From Nitrosopumilaceae archaeon (lineage in GTDB: Archaea > Thermoproteota > Nitrososphaeria > Nitrososphaerales > Nitrosopumilaceae), in contig CBDCCK010000002.1 in assembly GCA_965214835.1 (NCBI GenBank), positions 2,432,001-2,496,000 of the forward strand: a DNA stretch of 64,000 nucleotides, given 5' to 3'. Numbering within the stretch: the first letter of the stretch is position 1; every line of letters begins with the position of its first letter. A program made the translations under genes and the position numbers. Positions 1-12,400 of this stretch are shown here, piece by piece. Under the pieces are notes generated by a model that had not been told where the DNA came from, searched no databases, and saw nothing but the letters and a program-made list of their open reading frames with translations.

Positions 1-961
1 GGTTGATTTTGAAGGCAATGTCGGTGTCCCTGATCACGACCCGGAGGTTTTCGGGCTGCAGATCGTACGGGGGGTCGGATCCTTGCCTGCCAATCCCCTC
101 CCCTGCACGCGGTTCCTTGTGCTTCTCTAGGCGGTTTAACAGATCAGATCTCATCCTGCCGGCATGTGCTCCCATGTGTCCAAAGTCAGATCCTACTGTA
201 CCAGCATCCCTTTCCATTCCCTCAAAACCAGCTCCTATCAGGGCGACGTTCTTTTTTAATTTCTCAAACTCGGATCTTACCTTGTCAGCACCCCTTTCTA
301 TCCCCTCCAAGTCATATTCTATTGTGCCAAAATGAGTTGGTTTTTTGGTGATTTTATGTGGCGTCTTTCCAGATTCCTCGAGCATGGATTGCATCATGTC
401 GACCTCCTCTACTATTTTCATGAAGATGGATCGTGCCTTGTCAATCCACCCTGCCATTTTCATATACTTTATTCCTGACTCCGCGTAGTCAAATCTTAGC
501 AGGGTGACTTCTGCCTCTATTCCCTCAAACTCGGATCTTACCTTGTCAGCATCCTTTATCACTTCCCCAAATCTGGATCTCATCAATCCGACAATCTCCG
601 CCAATTCCCCAAATCTGGATCTTTCTGTATCTGTCTTCTTTTTTAACTCATCAGTCTGGGATCTTACCAGGCCCGCATTCCTCCCCGTTTCCTCAAAACC
701 AATACTTGCCATGTTAATATGCATCATCATCTCCTCAAAGTCAAATCCTCCAATGCGGTCGTTTCCTCTCATTTTCCTGATCTTGGCTAGTGCCAGACCT
801 GCCTCCACTTCCATTTTCCTGAGTCCTACTTCCATTTTCTTGAGGCCGGATCTTGCCATGCCTGTCTGCCTCTCCACCTCCTCAATGACTGATTTTATTC
901 TGTAAGACTTTTTTTCTATTTCCGTTATGAATCCCAGGTCTGATTTCTTGCTTTTTGGCAT
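1..961 (-). CDS. Coiled-coil protein with degenerate 14-aa repeats (runs off the window edge)
   Basis: ATG at 961; frame stays open to base 1 (MPKSKKSDLGF...). Repeats such as IKDADKVRSEFEG and ERGADKVRSEFEK. Absent from the ORF track because it has no stop in the window. Confidence 0.75.
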   Translation of the reverse strand, partial: MPKSKKSDLGFITEIEKKSYRIKSVIEEVERQTGMARSGLKKMEVGLRKMEVEAGLALAKIRKMRGNDRIGGFDFEEMMMHINMASIGFEETGRNAGLVRSQTDELKKKTDTERSRFGELAEIVGLMRSRFGEVIKDADKVRSEFEGIEAEVTLLRFDYAESGIKYMKMAGWIDKARSIFMKIVEEVDMMQSMLEESGKTPHKITKKPTHFGTIEYDLEGIERGADKVRSEFEKLKKNVALIGAGFEGMERDAGTVGSDFGHMGAHAGRMRSDLLNRLEKHKEPRAGEGIGRQGSDPPYDLQPENLRVVIRDTDIAFKIN

Positions 962-1029
962 GTAAAATAGTTGTGGGTATTCAGATTAAAAACTAGCGAA
1001 TGTGGTTTAGACTGTTGAATAACTCCGAC

Positions 1030-1700
1030 TAGAGCCCTATCCAATCTGCCCGGATCATGGCCGGTGCAAGGTTCCTACTCGGCAGCTGCCTACTCTGCGA
1101 TCCACTTGCTGTACAGTTACATCCCCTCCATCTTTACCTCCTACACCATGTTGGGCCACTTGCCGTCACGTCCTCGCCGAACATGCGCTTTATGGCCGAT
1201 ATCGCGATCTCGACGAGCCACCTCCTGCCGCAGCCGATCGTGCTCTTCGGGTACCGCAGGTTCTCCTGCCTTTCCTCCTCTGAAAGATCATCTGCCGGTA
1301 CCTTGGAACCTCCGAACTGGTTTCGCACAAGCATGCCCCACTCATCGCCGATGCCCCTGTTCCTTGCAGTACATCTTGTCAAAGCCGTATGAGTGGCTTT
1401 ATGCCGCACTTGTGGCACGGTGCCGTTCCTCCATGAGGTGTATCTGCCGTCTGTAAGCAGTATCTTGCCCGGCACGCTCCGATCCTTGCCGGTGTTCGGG
1501 GCAGCGGCAGGTTCCACCTGCAAGCATGTCGAGGATCTTGATTATATCCGTGCTACCGGAGCCGTCCTGCCACGCATCCTCCTTGATGCCCCCGGCTGTC
1601 ACGTCAAGCAGTGTCCTCAGCTGTGTGCTGTAGCCGATTACCTCGTCGTATAAAGTCGCGTCCCCCTGCTGGCAGGCACGAAAGCCATAGTTATGTATGC
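1030..1700 (-). pseudogene. IS5-family transposase remnant
   Basis: Fragmented frames containing LLTDGRY and RRWLVEIAISAIKRMFGE, like the IS5 DDE C-terminal motif. Ends approximate. Confidence 0.65.
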
Positions 1701-1865
1701 TAATTCGTACCTGGTCGATGGGGGCAGGTGATCCCGCATCGTGTTTTGATTGGTACGGCCTAAAACAATCAACTGCGCCTGATCTTAGGCGGAACTAATT
1801 TTCATGCGATACGGGAAGGCCGATGACGGGCAAGGGCTAAATTTAGCCCAAGGACATCCAAACTA

Positions 1866-2567
1866 TTGATTCATGGCCCGTCGCTGGGACTGGGCGCAGG
1901 CGTTGCAGCCGCCGCAATGATTGCGTCATTCCTGGCCTTCAACTCAGCAGGTGTGGAGCAGGAGCTGGTCTTTGAGCCTGCGCCCACGGCAGGCCAGGCA
2001 GGGTCCGCGATGTCCATATCAGCACTCCTTGAGAACGGCTCCCCGGCACTGGGGGATCCCGACGCGCCAATCACATTGGTGGAGTTTGGGGACTATCAGT
2101 GTCATTTTTGCAACGTGTTCTTCCACGAAACAGAGCATGAAATCGTGGAGAACTATATCCAGACGGGCAAGGTAAGGCTGATCTTCAAGGACTTTACGAT
2201 AATCGGACCCGACTCGGTCAACGCATCGCATGCAGCACACTGCGCAGGTGATCAAGAGATGTTCTGGCAGTATCATGACACGCTGTACAACAACTGGACG
2301 GGCGAGAACAACGGATGGGCAGGCTCCCAGAATCTCCTGAGGTTTGCCCAGGAGGTCGGACTTGATATGGATGAGTTCACAGACTGCATGTCCGAGACGC
2401 GCCACGCAGATACCATAGAGCAGAGCAACTCGGATGCCAGGGCCCTGGATCTGACTGGAACGCCGGGATTTTTTGTGATCGGGCCTAGCGGTGACGTTAC
2501 AAGGATCGGCGGTGCGCAGCCATACGGCGTGTTTGAAAGAATTTTTGATTCCGAGCTGGAAAAGTAG
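1866..2567 (+). CDS. DsbA-family thiol-disulfide oxidoreductase
   Basis: N-terminal hydrophobic anchor, LGDPDAPITLVEFGDYQCHFC (CxxC), GTPGFF, GAQPY. Confidence 0.92.
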   Translation: MIHGPSLGLGAGVAAAAMIASFLAFNSAGVEQELVFEPAPTAGQAGSAMSISALLENGSPALGDPDAPITLVEFGDYQCHFCNVFFHETEHEIVENYIQTGKVRLIFKDFTIIGPDSVNASHAAHCAGDQEMFWQYHDTLYNNWTGENNGWAGSQNLLRFAQEVGLDMDEFTDCMSETRHADTIEQSNSDARALDLTGTPGFFVIGPSGDVTRIGGAQPYGVFERIFDSELEK

Positions 2568-2679
2568 AATTCTTACACCAAACTCTGCGAAAATAGAACC
2601 AGGGGATGCCGATCTTGGCCAAATGGCAAGATACTGTTAGCTCGATATCCTTTTATCCTAACTAGCGGAGGCTAGCTTG

Positions 2680-4070
2680 ATGGCAGCTGGAATCGACGAC
2701 ATTGCATTGTACGTGCCAAAGCTGTACGTAGATGCAACGGATTTTGCGCAGGCACGTGGACTGGATCCGGAAAAGCTGCAAAAGGGCCTGGGGGTCTCTC
2801 AGATGGCAATCGCGGATACAAACCAGGATCCGGCATGCCTTGCTGCCAACGCCTGCCTGAAGATCATGCAGAAAAACAGGCTCTCCCCGGAGGATATAGG
2901 AAGGCTGTACGTCTCGACAGAGTCGTCATTTGACGAGTCAAAGGCAATGAACTCCTTTGTGGTTGGGATGCTAGAGCAGGTCTACGGCCAGGGCGCATTT
3001 GAGCACTGCGGGGGGGTCGAGACAAAATTTGCATGTGTAAGCGGCTCTTATGCACTTTATGATAACGTCAACTGGATCAGGGCAGGAGAGGCCGAGGGAA
3101 AGGCGGCCCTAGTCGTGGTGTCCGATATCGCAAAGTACGACATTGGCTCTAGCGGCGAGATGACCCAAGGTGCAGGGGCGCTTGCAATGCTGCTAAACGA
3201 CGAGCCAAGGCTACTGGCGTTTGATCCCAAGGTCACATCCACGTCGATCAGTGACGAGTATGACTTTTACAGGCCGTTTGGAAAGGAGACTCCGATCGTA
3301 CACGGTCAGTACTCCAACCTGCTTTACCTGATCCAGGTAAGAAAGGCGCTAGACGCATACAAGAAAAGGGCAATATCAAATAACCTCGTTGAGCTAAAAG
3401 ACGGGGAGTCGATTCTGGATCATATCGATTACATCAACATGCACCTGCCATACAGCAACATGGGCAAAAAGGCGCTGGCATACCTGGTAAGGCATGAATG
3501 GAGGACGCTTCCGAGGTGGAAGAAGATAGTCGAAAAGATCGGAATGGAGGAGCCGATCCCAAAGGACTCGAGGGGCACCGTCGAGTCGGTACTGGGCGAT
3601 GCGGAATTCATGGCAAGGGATCACGAGTTTACGAGGCTGTTTACGCACACAGAGGAGTATCAGGAGGTCTACGAGTCAAAGCTGGCAAGCTCCCTGATTG
3701 CGTCGAAGATGATCGGCAACCTGTATACCGCATCACTGTACCTGGGATTCAGAAGCAGCCTGGAGTTTGAGTACCGAAAGGGCGCGGATCTGGCAGGCAG
3801 GAGGATAGGATTCGGATCATACGGTAGCGGGAGCAGTGCAATGGTCTTCAGCGGCGTAGTCCAGGAAAAATACAGGGAGATCGTACGGGAGATGGACTTT
3901 GAGAGGGAGCTTGGCCCGCGAAAGAGGCTCAGCCTGGAGGAGTATGAGGACCTGCACGAGAACAGGCGCAGTCCGGAACAGTCGATCCTAAACACCAGCC
4001 ACGAGTTTGTCCTGATAGACGTAAAGACGGCCCCCGACTCGCGGGGGGAGAGAAGATACCGCTTCAATGA

Positions 4071-4074
<4 letters not shown>
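2680..4074 (+). CDS. mvaS: Hydroxymethylglutaryl-CoA synthase
   Basis: GIDDIALYVP start, ETKFACVSG (catalytic Cys), SDIAKY, EMTQGAGA, HLPY, GNLYTASLY, SYGSG. Confidence 0.93.
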
Positions 4075-5311
<1,237 letters not shown>

Positions 5312-5375
5312 CTAGCATGATGGCAAATCGCTGATTAACCTACCGCTTGGTTATTAAGAAAAGAGGCGGCAGGGA

Positions 5376-6695
5376 ATGTCGTTGGCATCAAGCTCCATAT
5401 GGCATCCAAACACCCAGATGAGGGAATGGCCGGGTTTTGACAAAATTGTCCGGGGGGAGGGGGTATGGCTCGTCGACTCAAAGGGCCATAAAATGATTGA
5501 CGGGGTGGCCTCGATGTGGTGCAATGTCTGGGGGCACTCTGACAAGGACATGATCAGGGCAATCTGCAGGCAGGCTTCAAGGCTGCAGCACTCGCCGATG
5601 TTCAACCTTACAAACGAGCCAGCAGAGGTCCTGGCCAAGAGGCTGGCAGGGATGTCGCCCGGAATGCGCAGGGTGTTTTTCTCAGACAACGGATCATCTG
5701 CAATGGAGATTGCGTTTAAAATGGCTCTGCAGTACTGGAAAAACGGCGGGGAGCCAGGGAAGACCAAGATTGCCACGCTTGAAAACGGATACCACGGGGA
5801 TACGTTTGGCGCAATGTCGGTGGGATACGTGCCTGAGTTCTTTGGGAAGTTCAAGGCGCAGCTGTTCGACACGCTGCAGTTTCCCGCGCCAAACCCACAC
5901 CGCGCCAGGGGGGCAGGCTCAAGGGATCTTGAAGACGCATGTCTGGAGAGGATAGAAAAGTCATTTTCAAATGACGACAGGATTGCAGCCTTTGTCATGG
6001 AGAGCGGCGCACAGATGGCAGGGGGGGCAGTAATCTTTCCAAAGGGATTCCAGTCAAGGATTCAAAGACTGTGCAAAAGGCACGGCGTGCTGTTCGTACT
6101 AGACGAGGTCGCAACAGGACTGGGCAGGCTGGGCTCCATGGTACAGTACATCGAGCAGAAAAGCAGCCCCGACATTGTGGCATACGGCAAGATGCTTACC
6201 GGGGGATACCTGACAATGGCTGCAACCCTTGCGACCAAGAGGATATATGACTCGTTTCTGGGCAGATTCGACGACAGGGTCCACCTGTTCCACGGCCACA
6301 CATACACGGGAAACCCCATTGCGGCAGCAGCCGCCGTCGAGAACCTGAGACTGTACGAAAGGCGCAGGCTGATTCAAAGGATATCTAGGACGTCAAGGGT
6401 ATTTGCCGGATATGCGCAGGAGATCTCCGAGCTGGGTGCGGTGGGTGATGTCAGGCACAAGGGGATGCTCATGGGGATCGAGCTGGTATCAGACAAGCCC
6501 GGGAGGACGCCCGTAAGGCATCCAAGATCCGTCAACAGGACGTTCTTTGAGAAGGCAAGGCAGAACGGGGTCTATCTTAGGACACTGGGAAACGTAGTCA
6601 TGCTGGTGCCCCCGCTTGCAATCTCAGAGGAGGAGCTTGCAATGCTAATTGAGAGGACAATCAAGACAATCAGGGACGTGGAGGGGACTAGATGA
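5376..6695 (+). CDS. bioA: DAPA aminotransferase
   Basis: IWHPNTQM, SDNGSSAMEIAFKMA, YHGDT, DEVATGLGRLG, GKMLTGGY, HGHTYTGNP. Confidence 0.95.
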   Translation: MSLASSSIWHPNTQMREWPGFDKIVRGEGVWLVDSKGHKMIDGVASMWCNVWGHSDKDMIRAICRQASRLQHSPMFNLTNEPAEVLAKRLAGMSPGMRRVFFSDNGSSAMEIAFKMALQYWKNGGEPGKTKIATLENGYHGDTFGAMSVGYVPEFFGKFKAQLFDTLQFPAPNPHRARGAGSRDLEDACLERIEKSFSNDDRIAAFVMESGAQMAGGAVIFPKGFQSRIQRLCKRHGVLFVLDEVATGLGRLGSMVQYIEQKSSPDIVAYGKMLTGGYLTMAATLATKRIYDSFLGRFDDRVHLFHGHTYTGNPIAAAAAVENLRLYERRRLIQRISRTSRVFAGYAQEISELGAVGDVRHKGMLMGIELVSDKPGRTPVRHPRSVNRTFFEKARQNGVYLRTLGNVVMLVPPLAISEEELAMLIERTIKTIRDVEGTR

Positions 6696-6717
6696 CCCCT
6701 CGCTGAGGCGGGGTTAA

Positions 6718-6828
6718 GTAACAGGTCGGGCTCTGGAAGCTCAGGCGTGAGTTTTATCACCTCGGAGGTCTCTCCTAGACAGATTCGTGCCTGAGATCAG
6801 GAGCAGCTTCCAGAGCCCGACCTGTTAC
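6718..6828. mobile_element. 111-bp MITE, family A copy 1
   Basis: Perfect 24-bp TIR gtaacaggtcgggctctggaagct; 8-bp TSD ggggttaa at 6710-6717 and 6829-6836. Confidence 0.85.
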
Positions 6829-6874
6829 GGGGTTAACAATTAAGTACTCCCGCACAGGATCAGGCATCAAACAC

Positions 6875-7852
6875 ATGGATGAAAGAGAGTTTGTTTTAAA
6901 GTGCAAGGAAAACGTCCTCTCCGGCGCAGGGGTGTCTGCAAAAGACATCGGGTTGCTGATCAACGTATCTGATGAAAACCTGAAAACGCTTGCCGAGTCG
7001 GCAAACCAAATCACCCGGAAGTTCAACGGCCCAAGAGTAGACGTCGAGCAGCTCAACAACATCAAAAAGAACTCATGTAGCGAGGACTGTGCATTCTGCG
7101 GCCAGTCTGCATTCTTTGATACCAAAGTCCAGACATACCAGCTGCCCCCCGCAGAGGAAATTGTCGGTGCGGCAAGGCTCGCGAGGGAGCAGGGGGCCGG
7201 ATCCTACTGCCTGGTGGCAGCATGGAGGGAGCCGTCACAAAAGGACTTTGAGGCAGTATGTAGCATCATTGATCAGGTGAACAGAGACGTGGGGATCCCA
7301 GTCGAGTGCAGCCTGGGATTCCTGACCGGGGAGCAGGCAAGGCGCCTCAAGTCGCTGGGGGTCAGAAGATACAACCACAACTTGGAGACGGCAAGATCAA
7401 AATTCCCCGAAATCTGCACCACCCACACGTATCAGGACAGGATCGACACGCTGATGACCGCAAGGGATGCGGGACTGGAGCTGTGTACGGGCGGGATTAT
7501 CGGGATGGGCGAGACGCGGGATCAGAGGCAGGAGCTGGCACTGGAGCTTGCGGCGCTGGGACCGGAGGAGGTCACAATCAACATACTGGTGCCGGTTCCT
7601 GGAACGCCGCTGGAGCTGCAGACGCCGCTGCCAAACCAGGAGCTGGTCAGGATGTTTGCGGTGGTGCGGTTTGCGCTGCCAGAGTCGATCATCAAGATTT
7701 CCGGTGGACGCGAGGCAAACACGGAGGACTCGGGGGAGGAGCTTTTGCAAAGCGGTGCAAACGGCATCATAACTGCAGGATACCTGACAATGGGTGGAAA
7801 CGAGGCGCAGGAGGATCGCAGGCTCATCGAGAAGATAGGCCTTGAAGCCTAG
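6875..7852 (+). CDS. bioB: Biotin synthase (radical SAM)
   Basis: CSEDCAFC motif, YNHNLET, CTGGIIGMGE, ISGGRE, GYLT. Confidence 0.96.
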   Translation: MDEREFVLKCKENVLSGAGVSAKDIGLLINVSDENLKTLAESANQITRKFNGPRVDVEQLNNIKKNSCSEDCAFCGQSAFFDTKVQTYQLPPAEEIVGAARLAREQGAGSYCLVAAWREPSQKDFEAVCSIIDQVNRDVGIPVECSLGFLTGEQARRLKSLGVRRYNHNLETARSKFPEICTTHTYQDRIDTLMTARDAGLELCTGGIIGMGETRDQRQELALELAALGPEEVTINILVPVPGTPLELQTPLPNQELVRMFAVVRFALPESIIKISGGREANTEDSGEELLQSGANGIITAGYLTMGGNEAQEDRRLIEKIGLEA

Positions 7853-8972
7853 ACTGTCGTACCTGGGCGCAGAGCTGGCCCGGATAAAGGGGGACAATCT
7901 CCGCCGTAGCCTCAGGTATGGAACGATCTCAGGCCCATACATTACCATCCGCGGCAAAAGGCTGCTCAACCTGTGCTCAAATGACTATCTTGGCATTCCG
8001 GCCACGAGGCTAGGCCGGGCACAGGTGCAGTCGAGCTCAAGGCTGGTCTCAGGCAACGACGACTCGTATCTGGAGCTGGAAAAGAGCCTTGCAAGGCACA
8101 AGTCACAGCACAGCGCGCTGGTATATCCGACCGGATACATGGCAAACCTGGGCACAATAGCTGCAGTAGCAGGAAGGGGGGACGTGATCTTCAGCGACGA
8201 GCTAAACCATGCAAGCATAATTGAGGCGTGCAGTCTGTCAGGGGCATCGACTGTAATCTACGGGCACAACGACACGGAGGATCTTGCCAGAAAGATCTCA
8301 AAGGTGGGGGGAAGGAGGTTCATCGTTACAGAAGGGGTATTTAGCATGGACGGGGATCTTGCAAGGCTGGATGAGATCGTAGAGATAGCGCAGAAAAACG
8401 ACGCGATTACCGTGCTGGATGACGCGCACGGTGATTTCGTAATGGGCAGGGACGGCAGGGGCACGCCGGATCGCTTCAGGGTCTCAAGGGAGATTGACAT
8501 CTACACGAGCAGCCTGAGCAAGGGGTTGGGATCCTTTGGGGGGTATGTTGCATCCGAGAAGAGCGTGACGGACTATTGCATAAACCGGTCAAGGCCGTTT
8601 ATCTACACGTCTGCGCTCCCAAGTGTCTTTGTAAACCACGCGCTAGCAAGGCTGAAATCAGACCGCAAACCGCGCAGAAAAAGACTGGCCGCAAACACGC
8701 AGGCCATGACATCGGGGCTCAGAAAAATCGGATACGACATAACGTTTGAGAGTCAGATCATCCCCATAATCATCGGGGACGAAAAGACTGCCATGAGCTT
8801 TGGAAGGTACCTGGTCTCGCAGGGCATCTTTGCGCAGCCAATCAGGTACCCTACTGTTGCTAGGGGCAGTGCAAGGGTGCGCATCTCGATTACCGCCTGG
8901 ATTACAAGGCCGCAGGTGCAAGTGGCGCTGGATGCCTTTGAGAAGGCAGGAAAAAAATTCGGCATAATCTAG
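7842..8972 (+). CDS. bioF: 8-amino-7-oxononanoate synthase
   Basis: NLCSNDYLG, TGYMAN, DELNHASI, TEGVFSMDGD, DDAHG, SLSKGLG. Confidence 0.93.
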   Translation: MKPRLSYLGAELARIKGDNLRRSLRYGTISGPYITIRGKRLLNLCSNDYLGIPATRLGRAQVQSSSRLVSGNDDSYLELEKSLARHKSQHSALVYPTGYMANLGTIAAVAGRGDVIFSDELNHASIIEACSLSGASTVIYGHNDTEDLARKISKVGGRRFIVTEGVFSMDGDLARLDEIVEIAQKNDAITVLDDAHGDFVMGRDGRGTPDRFRVSREIDIYTSSLSKGLGSFGGYVASEKSVTDYCINRSRPFIYTSALPSVFVNHALARLKSDRKPRRKRLAANTQAMTSGLRKIGYDITFESQIIPIIIGDEKTAMSFGRYLVSQGIFAQPIRYPTVARGSARVRISITAWITRPQVQVALDAFEKAGKKFGII

Positions 8973-9073
8973 CGATACATGTCAATCCCTTCAAACATGG
9001 GCGAGCCCATGAAGAATGCAAATGTTACAATTGCTGCCAGTATCACTCCCACAATGACGTAGCGCCTGTTCAT
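8969..9073 (-). CDS. Small single-pass membrane protein (34 aa)
   Basis: MNRRYVIVGVILAAIVTFAFFMGSPMFEGIDMYR; TTTTTATC box about 25-30 nt upstream. Confidence 0.55.
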   Translation of the reverse strand: MNRRYVIVGVILAAIVTFAFFMGSPMFEGIDMYR

Positions 9074-9278
9074 GACTGGCCTGCGAGCAGCCCAGATAAA
9101 AAGTAACCTAGCCTGCCCAGTCTTCCCAGTAGCTCAGTGAGGCACCAGTAGAGGTGGGCTCGGGCATCATCCGATGGTCTTACAGTGTCTGAGCGTGTTC
9201 TTGAATCACTGCCGGTACGGGGTCACCTACCCTCATCAGCTAGGCACGAATCAGCATGCATGATTGTGATTTTTGTGC

Positions 9279-9925
9279 CTAGATGGCAGGGGGACGTGAC
9301 CACATACAAATCTGCTGCGTCCCGGTGGCCAGATTTTTATCATATACACATATACGGGCATCATTAATGGCAACATCAAAAATACGACCCTTATCAACAT
9401 AATAATTGCCGCTGATAAAAAATGAGGTGGGTGCGCTGGAAGTACTGCCAGAGGCTCTAGCATGATCCTGCAATCCGAATTCGGGATAGGCCATGCCAAA
9501 GTCGTCTATGAATTTTTGGCTAAACTTGGGCGTGTATACATAGTCTGAAACAGACTCGCCGTTTTCAACTATATACCTTAGAAATTCAGCAAGTCCGGGC
9601 CAAGTTCGCTCTTCCATATACACGTCCACCTCCGGCTCGGAGCGGGCCGTTTGTGTGACGGGTTTGGTCTCAGGTACATGCTCTACGTCTTTGCTGTAAT
9701 AGCGATCATACCGAAGAAGATCATCGTCAATAGGGAACCAAGTTCCATTCACAACTATCCCTTCAGATGCCCAAACCACAGTGGCAAGATGCGCGTCTAT
9801 ATCATATTCGCTGATCAGATCCGAGACAGGCACAAGGTTCACACCCTCGTCGGTCTGCTGGAGTTGAAAATTATAAACGCCCGCATCAGAGGCATACCAA
9901 AAGAGGTCGCGGTCATGATACATGT
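9279..9925 (-). pseudogene. 3' part of a secreted protein gene split by the ISH3 element
   Basis: Removing the IS and one ATGT copy rejoins the frame as ...LRLDRH-MYHDRDLFW... Confidence 0.8.
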
Positions 9926-11341
9926 CAGTAGTTCCTCGATGTACTTTTGCAGGCACGATAATTACGCAATTTGCCGAGATTTTTTGACCATCATACTATA
10001 GATCAGGCGGTGTGCCAACCATCATCATGTCAGTAACACAAAACGACGTGTTTGCACACCAGTTTGACATAACATCGAGACAGTTTAAAACATTGCGACG
10101 GCGGTTTCCCAAGCTCGGGCTGGCCGTCTCAAAGAGTCGCAACGCAGTGTATGACCACATCGACGCACTGCGCGTTCTATATTTCATGTCTGAGAGGAGG
10201 ATGTTTGCAGAATCTGCCGTGACGCACCTTCGCAGGCGGGCCTCAAAATGCAGCAGGCAGCAGCATGACGACGGGGCTGCCTCCAAGGGCGGCGCGTATA
10301 GTTGCCGTACGCCTAGTCCGGACTGGATCCTAAAGGCGATCCGGGGCGTCAGCCTGGATGATGCGCAAAAGTGGTGCAGCTCCATGCTGCAGCATACGGT
10401 AAGGTGCGCCCGCAGGTCAGGCATGCTGCACAACACGGACGTCGTGGCAGTGGACGTTACCGACGTGGAATACTATGGCAAGGGCCTGGAGGATATCGCC
10501 AGAAAGTCAAAGCCCAAGAACGGCACGTCGACGTTTCTCTCGCACATTACCATGCACGGAATAGGATCAGATGACGGGTCTGACCTCGTGCTTTCCTCGC
10601 TGCAGCTTCCAAAAGAGGCAAAACTGGCCGATTTCGTGCCTAAAATGATCCGCAAGGCGTCCAGATCAGGGATGAGGATCAAGACGTTCCTGTATGACCG
10701 CGGGTTCTTTAACGTGGACTGCATGAGGGCTGCAGAAACAAGCACGGGCAGCTACATCATGCCTGCCGTCAAGAACAGGAGGATAGTGGCGGCAATAGAG
10801 GAGCATGACCGCGGAGAACGCGGTGCGGTATCAAAATATACAATGACCAACAAGGACGGCAAGAGCGCCACATTCAGGCTAGTCATTGTGGAAAAGGACG
10901 AGGTAGAAAAGGACGGCACGGCAGCAGCAAAGAAGGACAAGGCAGAAGAGACCATAGCCGACAGGTATCTGGTCTTTGCCACCAACATGTCTGCTAAAAG
11001 TGCAGAGGCAGTCATTGAGCAGATACCGGAGGAGTACCGCAGTCGGTGGGGAATCGAGACCGGGTTCAGGGTGATCAAGGGGATAATGGGCAAGACGTGC
11101 AGCAATTCCCCGGTCGTCAGGCTGCTGCTGTTCTATATGTCTGTCATACTGTACAACCTGTGGAGGACTGCCGTGTTCATAGACGTGGAATCCAAGTGGG
11201 ACGGATTTGCAGGAGGGAAGGGGTTTACCATGATGCTGTTTGTCGCGTGCATTGTCGATGCGGCCGACTCGTTTGTAAACGATCGCGGAAAGTAGCGGAG
11301 GTGCCGTGTCGGGTCTGCAAAAGTACATCTAGGAAGTACTG
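9926..11341 (+). mobile_element. ISH3-family insertion sequence
   Basis: 27-bp TIRs CAGTAGTTCCTCGATGTACTTTTGCAG / CAGTACTTCCTAGATGTACTTTTGCAG; 4-bp TSD ATGT. Confidence 0.9.
10027..11295 (+). CDS. ISH3-family DDE transposase, apparently intact
   Basis: VAVDVTDVEYYG, YDRGFF, YRSRWGIETGFR. Confidence 0.9.
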   Translation: MSVTQNDVFAHQFDITSRQFKTLRRRFPKLGLAVSKSRNAVYDHIDALRVLYFMSERRMFAESAVTHLRRRASKCSRQQHDDGAASKGGAYSCRTPSPDWILKAIRGVSLDDAQKWCSSMLQHTVRCARRSGMLHNTDVVAVDVTDVEYYGKGLEDIARKSKPKNGTSTFLSHITMHGIGSDDGSDLVLSSLQLPKEAKLADFVPKMIRKASRSGMRIKTFLYDRGFFNVDCMRAAETSTGSYIMPAVKNRRIVAAIEEHDRGERGAVSKYTMTNKDGKSATFRLVIVEKDEVEKDGTAAAKKDKAEETIADRYLVFATNMSAKSAEAVIEQIPEEYRSRWGIETGFRVIKGIMGKTCSNSPVVRLLLFYMSVILYNLWRTAVFIDVESKWDGFAGGKGFTMMLFVACIVDAADSFVNDRGK

Positions 11342-11988
11342 ATGTGCCTATCCAGCCTGAGATCAATGCTGCCAGAGACTGTATCCTCAGAACAGCGCAC
11401 CCCAATCCAGTACGTCGTTCCAGAATGAGGGGCATAAAAGTCACCCAACCTGAGAAGAAACACCTTGTCCTCGTTTAAAACGGTAAACTCTTCGGGAACA
11501 AAGATACGTATGTGGGTAAGTATGTTATCCGTACCATAGGTGCCAAGCTCACTGTGTGTGGCAGTACCGTTTGGGTGATACCAGGATACCGTGTACGGTA
11601 TTGAAACCGTCTGGCCTACCGAGATCGAGCCGGGAAACTCGACGGTACTCAGAACCGGATAATGCTTTTCAATGCCGTGTGCCTTGGATTCTCCAATGCC
11701 AGAATAGCTGTATTTTTCAGGCAGTACGTATGCATTAGAATTCGAAACCACGATTCTGCCCAACCCCCTTTGTTCCAGTTTTTTGGCAGTCTCCTTGCTT
11801 ACGCAGGCAGGCGTCCCTCCAGTCATCTCCATCAGAATCTTTGAGTCCCTGCACTGTACCTGTTCCAGTGGCACCCCATGTGCGTGCTGTACCATTGGCG
11901 GTTCAATCTCTGCAAACGCTTCCGTTGCTCCCAATCCGACTGCCAACGCCGCCAGCATCACCACCACTTTTGCGTTCTTGTAAGTCAT
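11342..11988 (-). pseudogene. 5' part of the secreted protein gene split by ISH3
   Basis: Signal peptide ending EAFA, then PPMVQ..GVPLEQVQC..PACVSKETAKKLEQRG, a motif type common in thaumarchaeal exported proteins. Confidence 0.8.
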
Positions 11989-12110
11989 TGCATATCTGCA
12001 CGTCACTCTGCTATGTGATCCCACGAGTACATAAGACCTGGTGAGGACCCCGCTAGAATAGGAACGCTTTTTTTCGCACACTTTTTGAGTCAGGAGGTCG
12101 AATCACAAAT

Positions 12111-12400
12111 ATGACCAAGAAAACATGGAGTACGCAGGACAAGATAGGGATAGTCATGGAGCACATCAACACCAACATCGAGACGGCAGAGCTGTGCCGC
12201 CGCCACAACTGGCCCCTAGGACGTTTTACCAGTGGAGGGAGCGCTTTTTGCAGGCCGGACGCGCCTCACTGTCAGGCAGGGGCCACAAGTCAACAGAGGA
12301 GCGGCAGCAAAAGGAGATCGAGTCGCTCAAGAAAATAGTCGGAGAGTACGCCGTGGCCAATGCGGTATTAAAAAAAACCTTGGAGGCAGGCAAAAGGTGA
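12111..12400 (+). pseudogene. IS3 OrfA (HTH), frameshifted near 12210
   Basis: MTKKTWSTQDK..AELCRRHN continues as LAPRTFYQWRERF..LKKT in another frame. Confidence 0.8.
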
